From Octopus vulgaris (lineage: Eukaryota): DNA of 64,000 nt. A program made the translations under genes and the position numbers. Shown here piece after piece: positions 53,988 to 64,000 of the stretch. Below the pieces are notes generated by a model, which worked only from the letters and a program-made list of their open reading frames with translations, had not been told where the DNA came from and did not search any database. Location of the stretch: NCBI GenBank assembly GCA_951406725.2, contig OX597822.1, forward strand, positions 28,954,001 through 29,018,000, in the 5' to 3' direction. Positions within the stretch are counted from its first letter, which is position 1, and each line of letters starts with the position of its first letter.

Positions 53988-55335
53988 CACACACACACAC
54001 CGACGTCTACACATATATACACACACACATCGACGTCTATACATATATATACACACACCGACGTCTATACATATATATACACACCGACGTCTATACATAT
54101 ATATACACACTGACGTCTATACATATATATACACACCGACGTCTATACATATATATACACACACACACACCGACGTCTATACATATACACACACACCGAC
54201 GTCTATACATATATACACACACCGACGTCTATACATACATACACACACCGACGTCTACACATATATATACACACACCGACGTCTACACATATATATACAC
54301 ACACCGACGCCTATACATATAATATATACACACACCGACGCCTATACATATAATATATACACACACCGACGTCTATACATATAATATATACACACACCGA
54401 CGTCTATACATATAATATATACACACACCGACGTCTATACATATATACACACACACCGACGTCTATACATATATACACACACACCGACGTCTATACATAT
54501 ATATACACACACCGACGTCTATACATATATATACACACCGATGTCTGCACATATATATACACACACACACACCGATGTCTATACATATATATATACACAT
54601 ACCGACGTCTATACATATATATATACACATACCGACGTCTATACATATATATATACACATACCGACGTCTATACATATATATACACATACCGACGTCTAT
54701 ACATATATATACACACACACCGACGTCTATACATATATATACACACACACCGACGTCTATACATATATATACACACACCGACGTCTATACATATATATAT
54801 ACACACACCGACGTCTATACATATATACACACACACCGACGTCTATACATATATATACACACCGATGTCTGCACATATATATACACACACACCGATGTCT
54901 ATACATATATATATATATACACATACCGACGTCTATACATACATATATACACATACCGACGTCTATACATATATATATACACATACCGACGTCTATACAT
55001 ATATATATACACATACCGACGTCTATACATATATATATATACACATACCGACGTCTATACATATATATATACACATACCGACGTCTATACATATATATAT
55101 ACACATACCGACGTCTATACATATATATATATATACACATACCGACGTCTATACATATATATACACACACATCGACGTCTATACATATATATGCACACAC
55201 ATCGACGTCTATACATATATATACACACACACCGACGTCTATACATATATATACACACACCGACGTCTATACATATATATACACACACCGACGTCTATAC
55301 ATATATATATACACACACCGACGTCTATACATATA
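53925..55335. repeat. Minisatellite, unit ~26-34 bp: (CA)n-CCGACGTCTATACA-(TA)n
   Basis: Dozens of near-identical units seen directly; explains the long HTDVYTY/RRLYIY ORFs. Confidence 0.97.
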
Positions 55336-56395
55336 TGCACACGTGTGTGCATATATATATATACATACACACACACTTGTCTATATATTCATGAGTGCGT
55401 GTCCCTCGCTTGACAACCGATGTTGGTGTGTTTATGTCCCCGTAACTTAGCGATCCAGCTAAAGAAACCAATACAATAAGTATCAGGCTTACAAGGAATA
55501 AGCCCTGGGCTTGATTTCTTTTACTGAAACCCATCCAGCATGGTCACAGTTAAACGACAACACACACAAGTGTCTACATATGTGTGTGTGTAGGCGCATG
55601 CGTGACATTATGGTCAGAAGCTTGCTTCCTAGCAAGGTTTCAGTTCTGCTGTGTGGCACCTTGGGCAAACCAAAGCACTGAGTGAATTCAGTAGAGAGAA
55701 ACTGAGAAAAGTGTCATGTATGACTGAGCTCATAATTAAAACTGCAATAGCAAAGTGCAGTGTAAAGTGATTAAATTGTAATTGACAACCTGCAAGAAAT
55801 TTAACCAGAAATTATTGACAAGGTTTATTAAACAGCCTTTTATTGCAAAGTAGATCAATAGGACATTTAACCTATTGACAGCATCTGATCTCAAATGTAA
55901 CGCTAACAGTTAAATCTGGAATAATTTTTTAATACATCAATACTGAAAATTTTAAAATATCCACTGAATCTTCAGATTCAAGATTTATGTATGAATTGTT
56001 GAAATACTGAAGAGTGGCTTTTTCTATCCAACCCAAAAATATGTATTTAACAACAAAGCACTTTAGACTGTCAGCTCAGTTTTGGCTAATATTATAATTT
56101 TTGTACTGTTATGAAATAAATTACAGACTGAACTTAAGATAAAAAGGAAGTCGGATCCATTGCATCATATCCAAAAATAGCCTCAAGCAGTGTATTGTGT
56201 ATTCAGTATTGCATCATAATGAAAATACAGGATTGCTTCCACAAGCAATTTACACATTTTTCTAAAGCACTAGTGTGGTTGATTTCCCAGTTCAGTCCCA
56301 CTGAATGGCACATTGAGCAAGAGTCTTCTACTATAGCCCCAGGCTGATCAAAGCCTCATAAGTGAATTTGGTTGAGGGAAATTAAAAGCTTGTGT

Positions 56396-56426
<31 letters not shown>

Positions 56427-56591
56427 TAGGAAGGCATCCAGCTGTAGAAACACTGCCAGATCAGACTGGGCCTGGTGCAGCCTTCTGGCTTCCCAGACCC
56501 CAGTTGAACCATCCAACCCATGCTAGCATGGAAAGCGGACGTTAAACGATGATGATGATGATATATGTGTGTGTGTGTATCCACATTTAAC

Positions 56592-56777
56592 ATCACATGA
56601 TGGTTATAAACAAGTGTCACCATCATACAAGCAATGTTATCCATTTTGAGTTTTCCTTGACACATGTCTAGCCATGGGTAAAAATCACATGATGGTTATA
56701 AACAAGTGTCACCATCATACAAGCAATGTTATCCGTTTTGAGTTTTCCTTGACACATGTCTAGCCATGGGTAAAAAT
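56592..56777. repeat. Near-perfect tandem duplication, period 92 bp
   Basis: ATCACATGATGGTTATAAAC...GCCATGGGTAAAA starts at 56592 and 56684. Confidence 0.9.
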
Positions 56778-57914
56778 TACTGTGCTTAGAAACAGATGAG
56801 GATTGGTGAAATGAAGGGCATCTAGCCACAGAATATCTGCCTCAACAAACTGCATCTGACCCATGCAAGTATGGAAAAGTGAACATTAAAGCAATGATCC
56901 TAAACAAGAAACACTGTGATTTAAGACTTGTTTGTCTACTGCCCTAGTGAGGACAAGTATATTTTACACTAATGGTTTCATTTATAAGGAGAGATGTTTG
57001 TTTAACATTTTCCAAAAAAAAAAACTGGAAAACATCAGATAAATATAACAGTTGTAACAAAATACTGCTTCTCCATAGTATTGCATATACTAGGATTTAT
57101 GAAGTGATTTGTACAGGATTTCAAGAAAGCGGAACACTATGAACGTTTTACAGATCAATTTTTAAAATATTGAAAACAGTGAAGTTTGGTGTTCACATCG
57201 CAAATAAAATCATTTTTACTAGAATTCTTTGTGAAACCAGGATGGAGTACAATTACTGAAGTCCATTTGCCACACAAACAAAAGATCAAAGAGACATCAA
57301 AGACAATAAGGAAACAAGATGTGCATAATGACCTAGTGGTCAAATAGTGAAAAGTTATATTCACTGTATTATTGCACTCCACTTGAACAAGCTTTTTGAT
57401 ATTAACAAAAAAGCAATGTTTAATAAATTAAGATTCAAAACTAATTTTGTACATCCAATATAAATCAGCAACTTCAAATGCTTTGAGCTCATTGCAAATT
57501 ATCAAATCAACTGATAACATTTCATGCTAAAGGGGCAATGATTTTCTTAAACTAATCAGAAAGAGCACCAGAACCGGACAATTTATATATGTTGGCAAGG
57601 AAGAAAATGACAGGAATTGGCTAAGATTACAAACATTTTAAAAATTACAGGTTTATTTAAACTTTTAATACAAGAAATTTTTAAAAATAAATGAACACAA
57701 TACAGTGGTACAGCTTAAAAGTAAAATATGCAATTTCGCATTTCAGTTCTGAAAAAAAGTGATTATTGAAATTGATGAAGTCCAACAAGCCAATAAAACA
57801 GCTCTTATCTAATCTGAAATCATAAATCAGAATTTTATATATCAGAAATAGCAATAGTTGAATAAAATAACTTACTACTGGGTACAGGTCTGGACTGGCT
57901 CGGAAAGTACTCAC

Positions 57915-57966
57915 TTTTTCCTCTAGTATTTCTTGCAGACGAGCTATTCAAGTCTAGCCCAGCAAA
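57915..57966 (-). CDS. DDX3: DDX3 exon 2 with the second half of the NES (FAGLDLNSSSARNTRGK); an alternative donor extends it to 57876
   Basis: TTTTCAG acceptor, GTGAGT donor; FAGLDLNSS matches the DDX3X N-terminus as recalled; the ATG-bearing exon 1 was not found in the window. Confidence 0.9.
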
Positions 57967-60900
57967 CTGAAAAATAAAAGTTATTTTAAAATTTATATTC
58001 ATTGATAAAGGTTTTATATATTTTGTATCAAGGAAAAAATATGGTGGCAAATCAATGATACTGGATCAATTAAAATTGGTTTAAATAGACCATAACTTCA
58101 AGATAATTAGATACAAAAAAACTCAATGAACATTAAATTTTAGTGCAAATCTTAATTTTTCCATGTTCCCAAATCATTTTCATTCAAAACGCACTGCACA
58201 GACACAGCATAAATTTATAATTGCAAGAACACATTTCCCTTCTATATCATCATCATCATTTAGCGTCCGCTTTCCATGCTAGCATGGGTCTGACAGTTCA
58301 ACTGGGGTCTGGGAAGCCAGAAGGCTGCACCAGGCCCAGTCTGATCTGGCAATGTTTCTACAGCTGGATGCCCTTCCTAACACCAACCACTCTGAGTGTA
58401 GTGGGTGCTTTTTACGTGCCAGACGGGGAGGGGGAGAGGCATGACATTTGAAAATAAGGCATAACTGATCTGCATACAGCATGCATCTGAGTGTGTGTGC
58501 ATATTCACGTGCCAATCTGCATAACTGCATGTGAATGGTGCATATGTGCATGTACAAATGTATGCATATAAGGATACATATTTATGTACTTAAGATCCAC
58601 TGCCAAGCTGCATTGTCTTAATTTTAGAGAGCTGTCTTGCAGTTTCTAATTTTCAAATACACCTACAGTGAATTTTTTACCTTGTAATTGCAGTGATACT
58701 TTCAATTCTTTTTTTTTTAACTCATTATCTATGTGAGACAACTGCTTAAATCTATGCAGAACACTCCAAGAGATTTGTTGTACCTTACACACACTTTCAT
58801 GTGTGTGAAGGGTAATGCAAGAAATTTAATACAAAACAGGGTCAAAATTAGTGACATTATACTCAAGTGTAAGGGATAAAATTATTTTTAAACTCAAAGA
58901 TAGAATTGTACTCAAGTAAATACAGTGCATCAAACACACACAAAATGGTTTCAAAAAGCTGCACAAAGCATATAGAGATATCATTGGCAAAACAAGACTT
59001 GGCAGTGTATTCAGGATACAACTGTGTGCAGGTACATTACACACACACACACACACATCATCTCTTTATTCCATGCCACCTTCCTACCTAACTTTCTGCC
59101 TACACACATCCTGATAAAATGGAATTGTACCAAATCTCCCTACAGAACCCACTCCATCTTTCTTCATCATCCTCCCCTTTCCTACTAATGCTTAACACTA
59201 CTACTATTTCCAACTGTGCTGTTATTCTCCCTACTACCACCATGTCACAAAACTGTTCCTTTCATTAACTCACCAAAAATCATCACCCTCCTTTCAGTTA
59301 TAGTATTTCTTCAGTCTTGCCAGTTACAAGTGACCTCATTAGAAATGATAACACATAAGCACCTAGTACGCACTATAAAGGAGCTGGTGTTAAGGGCATC
59401 CAGCCACAGAAACCATGCCAATATGGAAGGTGGACATAAAATGACACATAAACACTTTTGTACACACATATATACAAAATACTGCATTATGTATATACTT
59501 AGATACACACTGCAAAGCTCAGATGAGGCCCACAACTGAATATTTGCTCTCACATCTCAGTGCTGCTGCACAAAAAAGACATCCTAGATCACAACAAGAA
59601 AGGGTTACACAACTGATTAGTATAAAGTTAGACACACTAACCTCTAACACACAAGCAAGCCATCTCTTTTGGCTTCTTTTTCAACTACCACTGATACATT
59701 CATTACACACCTATACACATGTTCACAGACATCTATCATTTTTACAAGTGTGTGTGTTTATATCTGTACATATTATACATTTTACATCTGTTTTCCATGC
59801 TAGCATACCTGGTCTTGCATTTTTTTTATGGTATCAGAACTATAAAGTTACCTTGCTACATAACCAAAACCCAATTCCAGATTTTGCTTCCATGACTGGA
59901 ATTTCAAATGGGCAACTTGTCTTAAATTTCTTTATTACAGCTTGGATCGCAATAAAAAGGGCTGCGAACGAAGCTTTTAATTCCTTACTGAACTTAATGG
60001 TGATTTTTCATCCTGCTCAACTTGAGTAGCTCTCAAACCTTTCATTTAGTTTTCATAGTGATAATCAAGTCAGAAGGCAAAGAAATTTTTAAAAAGCCTT
60101 CTTCAGAAAGATGAATGATAAATATAAGAGTTTGTTCCGAGCCATGTATTTCTACAGCACTTTTCTCATACAGTATATGTTATCAGTGATGCCGATTCCC
60201 AGAACACATGTAGATTAATACTGTCCCTAGAAAACAGATGTAAGTTTGCCTTTCAATACTGACTTTAGGTTTAGTCCCACTAACTGGTACCTATTTCTTC
60301 TACTCTGGTAGATAGAAACTGCACAGAAGCTAATGCTGTGTGTAGATATTTATGTATACATAACACATAGATCTCATAACTTAATCATGTAATACATAGA
60401 CAAATATCTGCCACACAAAATAAGTACCGAAGTGAAATGATCAACTAAATCTTAAAGCCCAAGAATTACTGCAATTCAATGACTGGAACAAATGAAAACA
60501 ATAATTGCACTAAAATTTAATTAACAAAACTTCTGTACAGCAGTGCATAATTCAAATTGACTGTATGAGCATCCCATAGTAAAATCTTTTATGAACATAT
60601 GATTACACAAGAATGTTGCAAAAGAAATGTGTATAAACATACAAATACATTACTATCCACATATAATTTACATTGAATACAATATCATCACCTTTCTTCC
60701 ACAAGTTATTACCAATGTACAGGATTTCAAACAAGTGATAGGTTTTATTCTAATTTTACTTTTATATATCATTGCTATTATGCAAAAGTACCAGAAGTCC
60801 AAAACGTAGCTTTTTCAGAAAATGTAAAAATAGTTTCACCATTTCATTTATTTTTACATTAGCAACAGTTTCAGCTTAACAATAATACTTTGTTGGGTGC

Positions 60901-61861
60901 ACAAATTTGTAACTATATTTTCGGTCAGAAATATTTTTACCAAACTGTCAAATGTGGAGCTTACTACACTTTTGAAAAATGCCAAACCATTGTACTACAC
61001 TTTGACAATTTTCATCTGAAGCAGCTGGAGATACAATACTTTTACCAAAAGAGCCGGCTATCGCAAGCAAAATCAAATATTGAAAAAAGAAAATGCATTT
61101 GGCCAAATTTGGACATACAACAGTTTAACATAACGATATATACACATATGTCAGTGGGAGTGAAATTGTCAATTTAACATCCCCTTTCCATGCTTGCATG
61201 GGATCAGAGGAAATTTGATTTTCTACAGCTGGATGACATTCATGACACCAAACCTTACAAGTTTTCCAGCAAGGAAATACTTCCTCATGGCTAGACATGT
61301 TTTTAAGAGAATGAAAATTAAAATGGTTGAATGATGGTGATGCATGTTTACTATGACCATGGGATGTCAAGGCAAAAAGAGACACACATACATGAGCTCT
61401 TTTCAGTTTCTATCTACGAAATCCACTCCCATAGTTTTTGTTGGCCTAGCACTTCCAAACTATGTGGTTTAGAACCAGAAACTTCACATGATCATGACTG
61501 CACTTATGCTGTATATGGGAATATTAAGTACTAGCTTAAAAGCTGCACACCATGTGGACTTCTAAGCTAGCTCCTGCAGAGGGCTAATTGGGCTTGTGGC
61601 CCAAAACTAAAGCATTTATTGGTATCCTATCACCTCAGATTTACATCACAAAGTATCACATTTGGAGAATTTTGTATCATTGTGACATTTGGAGGTCAAT
61701 GTAAAGCAGCAGGATAAACAATATACTCAGTTTTACCATTTGGTGTGAGTATAAAGAGATTGTTGCAATTTCCAACTCTGGAACAACCAACATAGGAGCT
61801 GACCATGGGGAAAAAGCACTGCTGCCTGAGGTGAAGTCCAAGAATTTTGAGTGATAGTCCT

Positions 61862-64000
61862 TGTTATGACGTGGATATACACATCTGGTGTAAAATGGTA
61901 TACAAATAAATAGTTGGTTGTGGTTATCTAAAAATCACTTATTACAGAAATACGTTACCACAGAACACACTACTACTCAAAATTCACTCTTCAATTGCTG
62001 ACTGTTAAACATACATCAAACTAACATTGTAAACCAACAGTCGAATTAACACTATCAACTACATCTATACATATATAAACGGCAAAATGTCTGTGTGTGT
62101 GTATTCTTTATACAAATCCACAATTTTTCAGTTAGAGGGCTCGCACTTTCTATGGTCATTCAAAACCATCCAAGGGTGGTCATGCACATCTTTACATTTC
62201 CCCAGTCACCCCGCAAAGCCATTAAAAAATCAATAGAAGTGATTTTTTTGTGAATTTTCTATCCAAAACCCAATCAAAATGCCCGAAACTTGATATGCCA
62301 ATTGAATGCCAGCTAGCTGTATATGATTGATCGGAGATTTGGACAGTACTCGCGTGTATGTGCGCACGCACACAGCTGTATATGCATGCACTAGCACTAT
62401 GACCCGGCATTGCCAGGTCATAGTGCTAGTGCCTAATAGTTCACTCAATTCTTTCTTATCAGTTAGTCAACCTTCAGTCATTTAGGGATGGTCAGGATTC
62501 TCTCATAAAATCTCCCCTTTTTTAGAATTTAACACCACCCAGATTTAAATATCTTTTGCATTTAAGGTCTATTTCAAGTACTTCTGTTCGTTTGCTTTTT
62601 CTCAAACTTAAACATGTAGTTTCCACAATTTGTTTAGACGTTGGTACATCATTTAACATCCGCCTTCCAGGCTGCCGTGGCTTGGACAATTTAACTGGTG
62701 CCAGGGATTTTGGCAGGAATTTTATGGCTGGATGCCCTTCCTAACAACAACCACCCAGCGGAGTGCACTGAGTGCTTCTTTACGTGGCACAAGAACAGGC
62801 GAGGTCAGTTTTGGCAAGGTTTTTACAGCTGGATGCCCTTCCAAATGCCAACCATTTTACAGTGTGGACTGGATGTTATTTAAGTGGTACCGGCTGGATA
62901 CTTTTTAAGTGGCATAGGGTCACCAAGTAACTTGCAAGACAAAAATCTTTTGAGAGGGGAGGGGCCACTGGAGGAGATGATTTTGTGTCAGATGAAAGGT
63001 TATTAATGAGACAGAGACAAAAAGGTGTCTTACTGCAGAAGAGGTACAAGGTTACTTGGTGGGAGTGAGAGAGAGCAGGAATGAGGACAGAAACAGGTGT
63101 GCTGCAGTAAAGGAGATACCTGAATGGAAGAGCAGGAGAAGAGAACTGGAGACAGCAGGATAGAGATGGTGGCCAAGTGCCAGACATATAAGGGCTAGGG
63201 CATGCCCTTGAGGTTTAAAAGCCACAATATAAGTGGCATGACATTGCCAAAGAAGTGTAAGTAGAGTGGGGAAAGGAATGCAGTGAGTGGTGAAAACCTT
63301 TAGAGGGGTTCCCCAAAGAGCAATGATAGAGAAACAGGGTTGTAAAGACAGATTTAAGGCGTGAGAAGTAAGCATTGTGCATGAAGGAGGAAATGTGAGG
63401 AAGAGATGTAGTTTGGTTTGTTGTCTCGCATTCCTTTTAACGATTCTAGCGTATGTAATAAAATCGTCCTCTCGTTTTGTAATATTCATGCACTGCAAGC
63501 AAGTATATATAAAGAGCATTTTTCGCAAAAAAATCTTTGATAGAATATTCAGCTTCTTTAAAACAGACTTCACCCAGTTTCTTTAGTAATATGTAATTGC
63601 AATATTTCTCATACTCAGCTGGTCCAACTTTCTCAACGAAAGTAAAGTTTCTTTCTCATCTTGCCAGTTGCAGCATTCTTCTAACCTAAAAATTTCTTCA
63701 AGCGGAGAAAAGTAGTACCCACCTCTGGGTTATATGCGAACTCTCTGATCGAGTTTGCAACAGTGTCAGGGGTGAACTAGATGTATTTTCTTTTTCCTTC
63801 TATGTCCGAAATTCCAACAAATGCTGTTTCAGTAATTGAATTACTGAAGCTAGTAAAGTTTTCATATTCAAACAGAAGTCCTTCCAGCATGAGCTTCAAA
63901 TAATCACGTCGCCAAAAATGTTATGACGTGGGTATACACGTCTGGTGTAAAATGGTATTATACAAATAGTTGGTTGTGGTTATCTAAAAATCACCTATAG
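61862..64000 (-). mobile_element. Internally deleted Gypsy-type LTR retrotransposon (5' LTR runs off the window)
   Basis: Direct repeat TGTTATGACGTGG... at 61862 and 63919; PBS TGGCGACG beside 63919 on the minus strand; PPT AAAAAAAGGGGAGA at 62511-62523; degenerate gag (TPDTVANSIREF.YNPE, LSKIF, QCMNITKREDDFITYA) and pol tail (RKSKR..LEIDLKCKRY). Confidence 0.85.
62064..62429 (+). mobile_element. Non-autonomous Helitron-type element inserted in the Gypsy 3' LTR
   Basis: A|TC...CTAG|T termini, terminal hairpin, homologous to 5735-6098. Confidence 0.82.

Noticed and set aside
53925-55335. CRISPR-like appearance (constant core with variable spacers) and 290-aa ORFs
   Set aside because: Spacers are only (TA)n(CA)n length variants, the DNA is eukaryotic and there are no cas genes; the ORFs are repeat translations
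59523-60029. 168-aa plus-strand ORF
   Set aside because: No recognisable domain, crosses repeat fragments and is antisense within the DDX3 intron

Overview
AT-rich eukaryotic genomic DNA. The SINE families and microsatellites look like a coleoid cephalopod, most likely Octopus (recognised from memory, not by search). It holds two convergent, intron-rich genes that I assembled by hand from GT-AG sites and reading phase. (1) Plus strand, 412-16287: the last 9 exons of an ANKAR orthologue (armadillo-repeat C-terminal part, 544 codons visible including stop). (2) Minus strand, 57966-23269: a DDX3/PL10/belle DEAD-box helicase with up to 17 visible exons (2301 nt, in frame, ending DWWGN*); exon 1 is probably beyond the window, and the CDS is followed by a ~4 kb TE-free putative 3'UTR. 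The most notable feature is the DDX3 N-terminus. The exon carrying the YVPPHLRN (eIF4E-binding-type) motif is tandemly duplicated. There is also an in-frame alternative donor on the NES exon, a symmetric 81-nt cassette exon and a near-identical inverted repeat pair around the NES exon. The introns contain several SINE families, two copies of a non-autonomous piggyBac, a mariner, Helitron-type elements, an internally deleted Gypsy LTR element with nested insertions, a fold-back element with a hammerhead ribozyme core, a TSD-flanked insert with an intron-like segment, and a CpG-rich minisatellite.
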